NCBI RefSeq assembly: GCF_020037015.1
Contig: NZ_JAIQDE010000007.1
Location: 179,886 to 243,885 of the forward strand
DNA length: 64,000 bases
Direction of reading: 5' to 3'
From: Corallococcus sp. AS-1-6
GTDB taxonomy: Bacteria; Myxococcota; Myxococcia; Myxococcales; Myxococcaceae
In this document: in pieces, positions 31,302-41,089 of the stretch
Numbering within the stretch: position 1 is the first letter of the stretch
Layout of the letters: each line of letters begins with the position of its first letter
Position numbers and translations under genes: made by a program
Notes under the pieces: model-generated
The model's input: only the letters and a program-made list of their open reading frames with translations
What the model was told of the DNA's origin: nothing
Databases searched by the model: none

Positions 31302-34300
31302 TCAGTTCCCCCGGGCCGGGTTCTGACGGCGACGCGACGTGCCCCAGGCCGCCAGCGCGGCGAGGAGCGCCAGCGCGGACGAGCCGCCGCCGGTGCTGTC
31401 GCAGCCACCGCCAGCGATCTCCACGACCTGCGCCTGGACCCGGACCTGGAACGTGCACTGCGCGGTGTTGCCCGCCTCATCCGTGGCGGTGACGGTGACC
31501 TGCGTGGCCCCCGGCGCGAACGCGCTGCCTGAGTCGGGCGAGGACGTCACGGTGGGATTCGCCGTCACCGCGTCCGTGGCCGTGGGCGTGAACGTCACCT
31601 GCGTGTCCGGCGCCACCGTGATGTCCGCGGGGCAGGTGACGGTGGGCGCGGTGGTGTCCTGCACCGTCACCGTGAACGTACAGGTGAGGCCGGTGGAGGT
31701 CGCGGTGACCGTCGTGGTGCCAATGGGGAAGAGCGCGCCCGACGGCTGCGAGTAGCTCACCGGGAGGCCCGCCGGCTCCAGCACCGCGGGGTCGTAGGTC
31801 ACGATCGCGCCGTCCGGATCCGTCGCCTCCACGACGAGGTTCGCGGGGCAGGTGAGGGTGGGGGCCACGACGTCCTCCGTCACGTTGAGGGTGACGGTGG
31901 CGACGTTGCTGTCCGTGGCGCAGTCGCGGACGCGGTACGTGAAGCTGTCCGGGCCCACGTAGCCCGCGGCGGGCGTGTACTCGAGGTTCCCCTGCGCGCT
32001 GGTGCCCAGCGTGCCGTGCTGCGGCGGGGTGACGATCGTCCAGGTCAACACCTGTCCGACGTCCGGATCCGTGCCGGCCAGGGCGAGCGCCGTCGGCGTG
32101 TCCTTCTGGATGGTGACCGTCTGGTCCGCCGCCGTCGGGGGCTGGTTGGCGACGACCGTCACCATGCGGCCGCCGGGGATGGCGTTAGCGAAGACGGAGA
32201 GCGCGTAGGTGCCCAGCGGCACGTCGGCGGGCACGGTCACCGTCGCGCGGGTGTCGGAGGTGTTGCTGCTGGGGAGCGTCCAGAGACGCCCGCCCTCCGC
32301 GGCCTGCAGGCGCACCAGCGGGAAGTCGGTGGGCGAGTCCGCGCTGTTGCCGCCGCTTCCGCCGGAGATGCCCCGGAACCGCTGGCCCTCCACGACGGTG
32401 GGGCAGGCGGCGACGAGGGTCGCCGGGTTCGTCACCGTGGGCTTCCAGGCGGTCTGGGCCCGGGTGTCGTCATACACCTGCGCGTTGGTGGCCTCCTGAC
32501 CGCCCGCCAGCAGGACCTCGCCCGAGGACAGGGCGACGCTGAACAGGCCTCCCGCGGCAGTGGGGTCCGCGACGTTGATCCACGCGCGGAGGAGGGGGTC
32601 ATAGACCTCCGCCGTGTTGGCGTAGTCGCCATTCGTGGTGATGCCGCCCGCGGCCAGCACCTTGCCGGAGGCCATCAGCGTGGCGGTGTGCAGCCAGCGC
32701 GGCTGCGAGAGCGCGCCCACGGACGTCCAGGTGTTGGTGCCGGGCGCGTAGAGCTCCGAGGACGTGAGCTCCGTGCCGCCCGAGATGCCGCCCGCCGCGA
32801 GCACCTGGCCCGACGGCAGCAGCGTCAGCGTCAGCTCGTCCCGGGCGCCCGCGAGGCCCGCCGCCGGGGTCCAGGTGTCGTTGGCGGGGTTGTAGATCTC
32901 CGCCGAGGCCAGCGCCGTGCCACCGGCGTTGTGGCCGCCAGCGACGAGCACCCGGCCGTCATGCAGCAGCACGGCGCGGTGTCCGGCGCGCGCCGCGACG
33001 AGCGAGCCCGCCGCGGTCCACGTATTCGTGTCGGGCGCGTAGAGCTCCGCGCTGCCCAGCACCGTGGTGTTCTGCTGACCGCCGACCACGAGCACGCGGC
33101 CATCCGGCAGGAGCGTGGCGGTGTGCAGGTGGCGCGGGCTCAGCATGTTCTCGGTGGCCAGCCACGTGTTGGTGGTGGGGTCGAAGCGCTGCGCGTTGGG
33201 CGTCGAGGTGTTCACGTTGCGGCCACCCGCGACCAGGACCTGTCCCGAGCGCAGGAGGGTGGCGGTGCCCCGCTCGCGCGGCACGTCGAGGTCGGGCAGG
33301 GCGGTCCACGCGTTGCTCGCGCGGTCATACAGCTCCGCCGCGGGTGACGACGTGAAGAGGCCGCGGCCTCCCACGACGAGCACCTGGCCGGAGGGCAGCA
33401 GCGCCGCCGCGGAGTCGGTCCGGGGCGTGCCCATGGTGCCAGCGGGAGACCAGCGGCTCAGGGCGGGGTCGTAGACCTCCGTCTGCGCGAAGAACGTCGT
33501 CCCGGGGGTCGTGGAGAATCCGCCCGCGATGAACACCTTGCCCGAGGGCAGCAGCGTCGCGGTGTGGTTCTCGCGGCCGACGCCCATGGTGCCGCCGGAG
33601 GTCCACGTGCCGGTGGCAGGGTCGTAGATCTCGGCCGAGGTCAGCGCCGGCGACCCGAAGACAGAGCCGCCGGTGACGAGCACCCGGCCGTCAGGCAGCA
33701 GCGTGGCCATGTGGCCGGCGCGCGCGGACGCGAGGCTGCCGGTCGCGGTCCAGGTGTTGGCCGCCGGATCGTAGAGCTCCGACTGGCTCGTGGCGCCGCC
33801 CGCGGCGAAGCCACCCGCGACGAGCACGCGGCCGTCGGGGAGCAGGGTGCTGGTGAAGTAGTGCCGGGCCACCAGCGGGGGCGCCGCGGCGGACCAGGTG
33901 CCGGTGGCCGGATTGTAGAGGTCGGCGCCGGACACCTCTCCGCTGCCGCTGAAGCCGCTCACCACGAGCACGCGCCCATCGCGCAGCCGCGTGGCGCTGT
34001 GCGCGTTCCGGCCCACGGACATGGAGCCCGTGGCGGTGAAGGCGTTGGTCGCGGGGTCGTAGAGCTCCGCGGTCGCGAGCCGGACGCCGCCACCACCGGT
34101 GCCGCCCGCGATCAGGACCTGGCCCGTGGCCAGCAGCGTGGCCGTGGGGAGGCTGCGGGTGGAGGCCATGTTGCCCGTGCCGGACCAGGTGTTGGCCACG
34201 GGATCATAGATGCGTCCCCCCTGCGAGCCGTCGGTCAGCACCAGCACCTTGCCCGAGGGAAGGAGCACGGCCAGGGTGATGTTGCCCGTGAGGCTGGAGG

Positions 34301-34601
34301 TCCCCGCGGAGGCCCAGGTGTTGGTGGCGGGATCGTAGGTGTCCGCCGCGCTCACGAAGCCGGTCGTGTTGACGCCGTTGACGACGAGCAGCTTCCCGTT
34401 GGGTAGCAGGACGGCCGCGTGTTGCCCGCGTGGCGTCCCCATGGGAGCGGTGGCGTACCAGGCCGGCGGCGCCGCGAGACGGGCGTGAGCGGCGCGGATG
34501 CCCTCGGATGCCGCCGGGCGCTCGTTCCCGCCGCAGGACAGAAGGCCCAGGCTCGCGGCGAACAACAGGAGCCTGCTCCAGACAGCGCGTTGTGACCGCA
34601 T
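31302..34601 (-). CDS. Large surface lipoprotein with Kelch-repeat beta-propellers, Ig-like/HYR domains and a C-terminal MYXO-CTERM sorting signal
   Basis: 1099 aa with a lipobox LLSCGG. There are >=12 Kelch-like repeats (TLLPDGRVLVVGG...YDP..NTW). Domains of HYR type follow (APTLTCPANLVV). The tail GGGCDSTGGGSSALALLAALAAWGTSRRRQ is the MYXO-CTERM pattern. Confidence 0.8.
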   Translation of the reverse strand: MRSQRAVWSRLLLFAASLGLLSCGGNERPAASEGIRAAHARLAAPPAWYATAPMGTPRGQHAAVLLPNGKLLVVNGVNTTGFVSAADTYDPATNTWASAGTSSLTGNITLAVLLPSGKVLVLTDGSQGGRIYDPVANTWSGTGNMASTRSLPTATLLATGQVLIAGGTGGGGVRLATAELYDPATNAFTATGSMSVGRNAHSATRLRDGRVLVVSGFSGSGEVSGADLYNPATGTWSAAAPPLVARHYFTSTLLPDGRVLVAGGFAAGGATSQSELYDPAANTWTATGSLASARAGHMATLLPDGRVLVTGGSVFGSPALTSAEIYDPATGTWTSGGTMGVGRENHTATLLPSGKVFIAGGFSTTPGTTFFAQTEVYDPALSRWSPAGTMGTPRTDSAAALLPSGQVLVVGGRGLFTSSPAAELYDRASNAWTALPDLDVPRERGTATLLRSGQVLVAGGRNVNTSTPNAQRFDPTTNTWLATENMLSPRHLHTATLLPDGRVLVVGGQQNTTVLGSAELYAPDTNTWTAAGSLVAARAGHRAVLLHDGRVLVAGGHNAGGTALASAEIYNPANDTWTPAAGLAGARDELTLTLLPSGQVLAAGGISGGTELTSSELYAPGTNTWTSVGALSQPRWLHTATLMASGKVLAAGGITTNGDYANTAEVYDPLLRAWINVADPTAAGGLFSVALSSGEVLLAGGQEATNAQVYDDTRAQTAWKPTVTNPATLVAACPTVVEGQRFRGISGGSGGNSADSPTDFPLVRLQAAEGGRLWTLPSSNTSDTRATVTVPADVPLGTYALSVFANAIPGGRMVTVVANQPPTAADQTVTIQKDTPTALALAGTDPDVGQVLTWTIVTPPQHGTLGTSAQGNLEYTPAAGYVGPDSFTYRVRDCATDSNVATVTLNVTEDVVAPTLTCPANLVVEATDPDGAIVTYDPAVLEPAGLPVSYSQPSGALFPIGTTTVTATSTGLTCTFTVTVQDTTAPTVTCPADITVAPDTQVTFTPTATDAVTANPTVTSSPDSGSAFAPGATQVTVTATDEAGNTAQCTFQVRVQAQVVEIAGGGCDSTGGGSSALALLAALAAWGTSRRRQNPARGN

Positions 34602-34730
34602 CGATGAAACCCCGATCCGCGAGGGCTGGCGCGACCACGACCGTCGGCCCGCCGCTCGACGTGAACACTCCGGGTTGCGGATTATCAGTGCGCCGGGTGC
34701 TGGGGCAATGCGTTAAAGAATCCGGTGTGG

Positions 34731-35786
34731 TTACCCATCACGTGGGTCGTAGACCTTCTCGGGAGGGGCCTCCAGGAAGCGGCGCCACCAGAGACGGGCC
34801 TCGTCCTGGGTGTACCCCTCGAAATTGTTGAAGGGAGTGGAAGGCAGGAGCCACGGTTCCAGGAACCGCGCCAGCTCCCGATAGGCCGGCAGCGTCTCAC
34901 CCCACTTCGTGTTCCCCGCGAGCGGCGCGGGGCCCAGGCCGATCAGGGCACGACCTCCACTGAGTTCCTGGACGGAGGTCTCCGGGTGGCTCAGGTGCGA
35001 GCGGAGCGCATGGGCGCCGCCAATGGTTTCGAGGAGGGGAGGGCCCAGGAAGTTCATCCAGTGGATGCCATCCACTCCTTCTCCCATGCCCCACGTGCTC
35101 TCTCGTGGGACATCCCAGCCGGGATGCTGGACCAGTTGATCCTTCAGGAGGGGAAGGAGCCTCGATCTCCCACGGGTGAACGAAAGCGACAGTCCCGCAT
35201 GGCCCGTGCTGAAGGGAAGGAGCTCCGCCAGCGAAAGCGCCAGCTCACGTGCCTTCACGGGCCCCTGGTCCTCCAGATATCGCATGGGGACCTTCACACT
35301 CAGAACGCTGTACTCAGAAGAAGGTTCTCGCCAGGGAAGACGAGAGCGGAAGCTGAATTCATAGCCACTGGGGTCCGACTCTCCACCGACGAGATGGACC
35401 CACGTGTCAAAGCCCCGCTTGGTCAGCGTGCGGAACCAGATGGAGTCCTGGTCCATGTCATCCAAGGGCTCGAAGCGAGACCTCTCGACATGGCGCCGCA
35501 GCTCCTCCCAGAACTCAGGTGTGAGCGGGAACGCCGCCTCACTGATGTCGGGGTCATAGCCCGTGGTCAATTTTTCAGGCGCATGTCCAATGGCGTTGAG
35601 AAACAGGTCCAGTGACTGTCTCGCATATGGAGCAAGTGAGCCGTGGTCATGCGGCAGATAGAACACGATGCGCAGGACAAGCTGGACCCTGGGAAGTGTC
35701 GTGGCGAAGTGCTCGGAGGGAGTGTAGCTAGTCACGAATGATCCCGAACTGAGGTGTGATGATGGCGGGGTTGCACTGCCCATCAA
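34731..35786 (-). CDS. Hypothetical cytoplasmic protein; candidate immunity protein (start uncertain)
   Basis: 351-aa ORF immediately downstream of, and overlapping, the lipoprotein gene. It has slightly lower GC and no recognised motifs. Confidence 0.4.
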   Translation of the reverse strand: MMGSATPPSSHLSSGSFVTSYTPSEHFATTLPRVQLVLRIVFYLPHDHGSLAPYARQSLDLFLNAIGHAPEKLTTGYDPDISEAAFPLTPEFWEELRRHVERSRFEPLDDMDQDSIWFRTLTKRGFDTWVHLVGGESDPSGYEFSFRSRLPWREPSSEYSVLSVKVPMRYLEDQGPVKARELALSLAELLPFSTGHAGLSLSFTRGRSRLLPLLKDQLVQHPGWDVPRESTWGMGEGVDGIHWMNFLGPPLLETIGGAHALRSHLSHPETSVQELSGGRALIGLGPAPLAGNTKWGETLPAYRELARFLEPWLLPSTPFNNFEGYTQDEARLWWRRFLEAPPEKVYDPRDG

Positions 35787-36453
35787 GGTTTGCGTACCGG
35801 GTCATCTGCGCCTGTGTTTCTGGAACCGAGCGCGGATTGCTCTTTCGTGCCTTGAGGCACGGAAACTTGAAGTCGTAGATGCACTGGGCCTGATCCGGTC
35901 GGCCTGAGGCGTGAAGGACGATGTCAGGCTTCAGGATGTCCTGGTTCCCCGCCTTGCCCGTGCGAATCACATAGCTCGGCTCGATCGAAACGTTGTTGGG
36001 GAAGAGCCGGAGGATTTCGCGCCGCACGCATGCGAAGGCAACGTCATGCTTCATCGTCCCAAGCTCGGCCTGTCGTCGGATGGGATCGCCGTTCTTGTCG
36101 TAACCCACCACACGCATGCACTCCGTGTCATCCGGGGACTTCCCCTCACCGTACTCACGCTCATTGACGAGGTGGTTCGCCTCCTTCGCGCACTCCACCA
36201 GCAGGTGCTCGATGCGGGCCACGTCCGCGGCCTCCAGGAGCTTCATCGTGGCTCCCGCCGAGGCCGCGGCCCTCGCGGCCTTGTCCACCCACGGCAGGAA
36301 CGCCTCGTCCCCCGGCTGCGTGTAGCAGGCGGGATTGCGCAGGCAGCCACTGGTCGCGGAGTCTGTGGACTGCGCGTACTGCCTTGGCCCCGAAGCGCAC
36401 GACAGGCACAGCAGGGCCACCAGCCCACACAGCAGGCGCCCCTCAATCATCAT
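35728..36453 (-). CDS. Lipoprotein with C-terminal PD-(D/E)xK-like nuclease motif (candidate polymorphic toxin, SitA-like)
   Basis: Start MMIEGRLLCGLVALLCLSCASG (lipobox). The C-terminal region KPDIVLH ... IYDFKF forms PD...(D)xK. GC is visibly lower (~58-60%). Confidence 0.5.
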   Translation of the reverse strand: MMIEGRLLCGLVALLCLSCASGPRQYAQSTDSATSGCLRNPACYTQPGDEAFLPWVDKAARAAASAGATMKLLEAADVARIEHLLVECAKEANHLVNEREYGEGKSPDDTECMRVVGYDKNGDPIRRQAELGTMKHDVAFACVRREILRLFPNNVSIEPSYVIRTGKAGNQDILKPDIVLHASGRPDQAQCIYDFKFPCLKARKSNPRSVPETQAQMTRYANLDGQCNPAIITPQFGIIRD

Positions 36454-37426
36454 CTTCACCCGCGTCGTGCGCCGCCGCGTTGAAGAGGCCGAAGCCCCCG
36501 GCCTCCTCGCTGGAGATGTCCGCCCGGCGCAGAGCAGGGGAGTCCCGCGTCTGTCCCACCGCCATCCACCGGGGCGCCGCCAGCAGCACGCCGTCCCTCG
36601 GCAGCTCCGGGAGCAGGTGCTCCAGGTCGCCAAGGATGAACTCCGCGTGCCCCACGCTCTCCGGCTCCGGCAGCCCCACCGGCGGATGCCACGCGCCTCC
36701 GTCCAGGTGCCCGAAGGGGAAGCTCCCCGTGCCGCTCGCCCCTCCGTACCCGCCCTCCAGCAGCCGCCTTGTCCGCTCCACCCCTCCCGTCACCGCCGGC
36801 AGGCACACGCGCGTCAGCCAGTCCCAGGTCGCCGCGCCCTCCTCCACGGGCCAGTCCAGCTCCACCGTGTCGTCCGCCTTCGCCAGCAGCGCGTCGATGT
36901 ACGCACACGCCGCCCGCGGCCCCAGCACGCCGCCCCGGCGCGCCTCCTCCACCGCCGCGGGCCACAGCTCCTCGCGGTAGTAGTGCGCGAAGTAGAAGCC
37001 CGGCTCGTCCCACTCCGGACGCGCGCCCCGCGGCAGCTTCGCCAGCACCAGCCCGCTCGACAGGTACGCGGGCCCCGTGGCCCGGGGATGGAACTGGCTG
37101 AAGGCCAGCCGGAACACCCGCACCGCCAGCCCCGCCTCCTCCGTCGCCTCCAACCCCTCCGGACACCCCGCGCGCAGGTGGAAGTCGTCGAAGCGCAGGA
37201 ACACGTCCACCCCCATGCCCACCGCGCTCCGACACAGCGACTCCAGGCACTCCGCCAGCGGATGCCCCGCATGCACGGGGGCCTCCCACGCCGCCGCCCG
37301 CACCGTGCGCGTCTCTGCCTCCACCCGCAGCGACAGCCGCACCCGGCCGCCCCCGAACGCAGCCTCCCCGTGCCGGACGTCCTCCCCGTGAAGCACGCCC
37401 CGATGTTCCTGCCCTGGAGTCGTCAT
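36443..37426 (-). CDS. Hypothetical protein (327 aa), first gene of the three-gene minus-strand operon
   Basis: It is protein-like, whereas the antisense frame is R/P/H junk. There is no signal peptide. Its stop is 5 nt before the lipoprotein start. It may be DUF2334 deacetylase-like (weak). Confidence 0.45.
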   Translation of the reverse strand: MTTPGQEHRGVLHGEDVRHGEAAFGGGRVRLSLRVEAETRTVRAAAWEAPVHAGHPLAECLESLCRSAVGMGVDVFLRFDDFHLRAGCPEGLEATEEAGLAVRVFRLAFSQFHPRATGPAYLSSGLVLAKLPRGARPEWDEPGFYFAHYYREELWPAAVEEARRGGVLGPRAACAYIDALLAKADDTVELDWPVEEGAATWDWLTRVCLPAVTGGVERTRRLLEGGYGGASGTGSFPFGHLDGGAWHPPVGLPEPESVGHAEFILGDLEHLLPELPRDGVLLAAPRWMAVGQTRDSPALRRADISSEEAGGFGLFNAAAHDAGEDDD

Positions 37427-37474
37427 GCTAGGCACCCATCCTTTCCCACACGTCCCCTCCAGGCCAGGAGCCCC

Positions 37475-38326
37475 ATGTCCGAGCCCTCCCATCCGCGCGA
37501 CGGCGACTTCGAGCTCGTCACCCTGCGCAACGGCCACCGCGCCGTGCGCCACCTGGGCCATGGCGAGGTCATGCACCCCGCGGTGGGCCCGTGGCAGGAG
37601 GCCCTGCGCCTCTACGTCGACCAGCCCGGCCTCGCGGACCGCCTGCGCCAGCCCGGCCCGCCGCTCGTCATCCACGACGTGGGCCTGGGCGCCGCCACCA
37701 ACGCCGTCGCCGCGCTCACCCGCGCCCGGGAGCTGGGCCCCGAGCGCGCCCGCGACCTGCACATCGTCAGCTTCGAGGTGGACCTGGCCCCCCTGCGGCT
37801 CGCGCTCGCGGACGCGGAGGGCTTCCCCTTCCTCCAGCCGTTCCGCGAGGCCGCCGAGCGCCTCATGAAGCACGGCGCCTGGTCCGAGCCCGGCCTCCAG
37901 TGGACCCTCAAGCTGGGGGACGCCGTGCCCTTCCTGGAGCCGGACGCGCAGCTCCCCCCCGCGGACCTCGTCTTCTTCGACCCGTTCTCACCCGCGTCCA
38001 ACCCGGACATGTGGACCGAGGCCGTGCTCGCCCGGGTGCGCCGGCATTGCCGGGAAGACGGGGAGGGCGCCCTGCTGATGACCTACAGCGCGGCCACGCC
38101 CACCCGCGTCACGCTGCTGCTCGCGGGGTTCTACGTGGGCGCCGGCGCTTCCACCGGCACCAAGGGGGAGACCACCGTGGCCTCGACCCGCTACGAGACA
38201 CTGACCGCCCCGCTGGGGACCCGGTGGCTGGAGCGCTGGGAGCGCTCGTCCTCCCGGGCCCCGCACGGCGGCACCCTCACGCCTGAGGTCGAGCGTCGCC
38301 TCCGGACCCATCCTCAGTGGCGCTGA
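37475..38326 (+). CDS. MnmC N-terminal-domain-like SAM-dependent methyltransferase (DUF752)
   Basis: VIHDVGLGAATN and FFDPFSPASNPDMWTEAVL...LLMTYSAA match the MnmC methyltransferase-domain signature (FLDGFAP..NP.MW). Confidence 0.7.
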   Translation: MSEPSHPRDGDFELVTLRNGHRAVRHLGHGEVMHPAVGPWQEALRLYVDQPGLADRLRQPGPPLVIHDVGLGAATNAVAALTRARELGPERARDLHIVSFEVDLAPLRLALADAEGFPFLQPFREAAERLMKHGAWSEPGLQWTLKLGDAVPFLEPDAQLPPADLVFFDPFSPASNPDMWTEAVLARVRRHCREDGEGALLMTYSAATPTRVTLLLAGFYVGAGASTGTKGETTVASTRYETLTAPLGTRWLERWERSSSRAPHGGTLTPEVERRLRTHPQWR

Positions 38327-38903
38327 GCGCCCCTTCCACGGGGGCCTCGCTCCAGCGCAGGTGGAACGTGGCCGCCGTGCCGTCGAACTCCTCCGGCAGC
38401 GCCACCACCCGCCACCCCCCGCACAGCGCCACCGCGCGCGCCAGCAGGCCCGCCGCGAACGTCGGCTGGTCCGCCAGCACGTCGTTCATCCAGAGCTCCA
38501 GCGACGTCGCGCTGCGCTCCACGATTTTGACTTCACTGAAGTTGTTGCCGGCGCGAAAGCCCAGGTCCGCCCGCAGCAGCATCCTCCGGGGACCGGCCAG
38601 CCGGCCCACGCCCAGCAGCGCGCGGCCAAAGAACGTCCCGAAGTAGGCGTCCATGAAGCGCTCGCCCAGGGAGTAGTACGCGGCCTCCGCCGGCACGCCG
38701 CCGTAGACGTGGCCCGCCGCGATGCGCAGGAACTCCCGCCACTGCTCCAGCGAGTAGGTGCGCTCCAGCTTCTTGTCGAGGTCCAGCCCAGCCCGCTTGA
38801 GGTGCTCTCGGCACGCGGGCGTCAGGCGATTCTCCAACGCGCGGACGAAGAGCGCCTCGACGGTCTGGGCGAAGACAAGCTTCTCAGGATTCATGCGGAG
38901 CAC
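38277..38903 (-). CDS. DUF2378-like hypothetical (Myxococcales paralogous family)
   Basis: 208 aa. It overlaps the 3' end of the convergent MnmC-like gene by 50 nt. Confidence 0.45.
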   Translation of the reverse strand: MLRMNPEKLVFAQTVEALFVRALENRLTPACREHLKRAGLDLDKKLERTYSLEQWREFLRIAAGHVYGGVPAEAAYYSLGERFMDAYFGTFFGRALLGVGRLAGPRRMLLRADLGFRAGNNFSEVKIVERSATSLELWMNDVLADQPTFAAGLLARAVALCGGWRVVALPEEFDGTAATFHLRWSEAPVEGALSATEDGSGGDARPQA

Positions 38904-38973
38904 CCTACACGAAGCCCCCCATGCGATGCTCCCCCACCTGTGTACTGACGTTCAGTGCCGTGCCCCCCGAGTG

Positions 38974-39999
38974 TCAGGAAGCTGGCGCGCGCCGCACCCT
39001 TCGTGAACTCCGGGTGTTTTCAGACCCCGTGCTGACGGACCGCGCCACGAGTCCGCGCAGCCACTGGTGCGCGGGGTCGCCGTCGAAGCGCTCGTGCCAG
39101 ACCTGGAGGATGTCGAAGGAGCGCAGGGGGATGGGCGGGGGGAACACCTGGAGCGCGTACGCGTCCTTGAACGCGGCGATGAGGCGGCGGGGCGCGGTGA
39201 GGACGTGGTCCGAGCGCGACACCGCCAGCGGCGCGATGAGGAAGTAGGGCACGCGCACGGCGATGCGGCGCGGGGGCAGGCCGAGCTGGGCCAGGGCCAG
39301 GTCCACCGCGCCCACGCCGTCGCCCTTCGGGCTGATGAGGATGTGGGACAGCTCCAGGTAGGTGTCCACGTCCAGCGTGCGGCGCACGGTGGGGTGGTCC
39401 TTGCGCACCACGCAGACGAAGTCCTCGGTGAGCAGCCGCTGCTGGCGCAGGCCCGGCCCGGACGGCGCCGGCGCGACGATGATGGCCAGGTCCACCTCGC
39501 CCGTCTCCAGGTGGCTGGGGAAGGTGTGGCTGTCCACGTGCAGCACGGACAGGTCCACGCCGGGGGCCTCGCGGCCCAGGAGCTCCAGCGCGCCCGGCAG
39601 GAGCACCGACCCGAAGAAGTCGCGCGTCGCCACCGTGAAGCGGCGCTTCGCGGTGGCGGGCGCGAACGCGGGCTCGTCGCACAGGGCCCGCCGCAGCTCC
39701 GCCAGCCCCCGCTTGAGCGGCGCGGCCAGGGCCTGCGCGCGCGGCGTCAGCACCATGCCGCCCCGGCCGCGGATGAGGAGCGCGTCGCCCAACAGCTCCC
39801 GCAACTGGGCGAGCGCGTGGCTCATCGCGGACTGGGTGAGGCCCACGCGCGCGGCGGCGCGGGTGACGTGCACCTCGTGCAGCAGCGCGTCCAGCGCCAC
39901 CATCAGGTTGAGGTTGATGCCGGAGAGGTCCACCTCGGCGGGGGAGGGCGCTGGGGTTTCATGAGCGCGGCGCATGGAGGCATGCATAGCATGCAGTGG
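38974..39999 (-). CDS. LysR-family transcriptional regulator
   Basis: HTH INLNLMVALDALLHEVHVTRAAARVGLTQSAMSHALAQLRE. A substrate-binding domain is present. It is divergent from the NmrA gene. The start is approximate. Confidence 0.75.
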   Translation of the reverse strand, partial: PLHAMHASMRRAHETPAPSPAEVDLSGINLNLMVALDALLHEVHVTRAAARVGLTQSAMSHALAQLRELLGDALLIRGRGGMVLTPRAQALAAPLKRGLAELRRALCDEPAFAPATAKRRFTVATRDFFGSVLLPGALELLGREAPGVDLSVLHVDSHTFPSHLETGEVDLAIIVAPAPSGPGLRQQRLLTEDFVCVVRKDHPTVRRTLDVDTYLELSHILISPKGDGVGAVDLALAQLGLPPRRIAVRVPYFLIAPLAVSRSDHVLTAPRRLIAAFKDAYALQVFPPPIPLRSFDILQVWHERFDGDPAHQWLRGLVARSVSTGSENTRSSRRVRRAPAS

Positions 40000-40056
40000 C
40001 CTCATGCAGGGCGCGGGGGCACTGTTCGGCCATCTCGCGGTCGCTGGAGGCACCCC

Positions 40057-40950
40057 ATGTCCATCGTCATCAACACCCCGAACGGCAACATCGGTCGTCC
40101 CCTCGTGGAGAAGCTGCTCAAGGCGGGCAGGAAGGTCACCCTCATCTCGCGCACGCCGGAGAAGGTGGCGGACCTGGTGAAGCAGGGCGCGAGGCTGGTG
40201 CAGGGCTCCATCGACGAGCAGGCCACGCTGGACGCGGCGCTCGCTGGCGCGGAGGCGCTGTTCTGGCTGTCTCCGCCCGCCATCCGCCCGGACTTCCACG
40301 ACTGGGCGAAGGCCAACGGCCAGCGGGCCGCGGAGCGCGTGAAGGCGCACGGCGTGAAGCGCGTGGTGATGCTCTCCAGCGTCGGCGCGCAGAGCGGGGC
40401 GGGCACCGGGCCGGTGTCCGCGATGAAGTCCATCGAAGAGGCCTTCCAGGCGGCGGCGCCGGACGTCGTCAGCCTGCGCGCGGGCTTCTTCATGGAGAAC
40501 CTGCTGCGCGACGTGCCGGGCCTGGCGAAGGCGGGCGCGCTCTACAGCTCGAACCCGGAGACCCAGCCCTTCCCCATGGTCGCCACCGCGGACATCGCGG
40601 CCAAGGCCGCCGAGTTCCTGTTGGACCCTTCATGGACGGGCCACCGCTACGTGGGCGTGCACGGGCCCAAGGACCTCACCTATCCGGAGGTCGCCAGCAT
40701 CCTCACCCAGGTGCTGGGCCAGCCCGTGAAGTACGTGCGGGTGGGGCTGGACGACCTGCGCAAGGGGATGCTGGGCGCGGGCATGCCCGCCTTCGCGGCG
40801 GACACCTTCGTGGAGATGTACGGCGCCATCCAGGACGGGCGCATGGCTTCGGCGGAGCCGCGCTCGAAGGAGACCACCACGCCCACCACGCTGGCGGAGT
40901 TCGCCAGCACCGTGCTCAAGCCGGCGGTGGAGCGGGCGCGCGCGTCCTGA
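40057..40950 (+). CDS. NmrA-family NAD(P)-binding protein
   Basis: [32 protein letters not shown] is the Rossmann N-terminus. It is 297 aa. Confidence 0.8.
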   Translation: MSIVINTPNGNIGRPLVEKLLKAGRKVTLISRTPEKVADLVKQGARLVQGSIDEQATLDAALAGAEALFWLSPPAIRPDFHDWAKANGQRAAERVKAHGVKRVVMLSSVGAQSGAGTGPVSAMKSIEEAFQAAAPDVVSLRAGFFMENLLRDVPGLAKAGALYSSNPETQPFPMVATADIAAKAAEFLLDPSWTGHRYVGVHGPKDLTYPEVASILTQVLGQPVKYVRVGLDDLRKGMLGAGMPAFAADTFVEMYGAIQDGRMASAEPRSKETTTPTTLAEFASTVLKPAVERARAS

Positions 40951-41089
40951 CAGCGCCCGCCTGTTCGCTCGTATCAGCAACAGGAGGGGGAGACGTGCGC
41001 TGCCCCGCCCCCTCCCTGACAACTGGTGCACGATGGGGGCCTGCCGGAGATTGCTCCGGTACGGTCACCCCACCGAAGACGAGCGCACC

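Noticed and set aside
36335-37474. 5' two-thirds of the 663-aa + strand ORF upstream of the MnmC-like domain
   Set aside because: The real MnmC-like start is the ATG at 37475 with an N-terminus matching DUF752. The upstream part is R/P/H-rich antisense of the minus-strand 327-aa gene.
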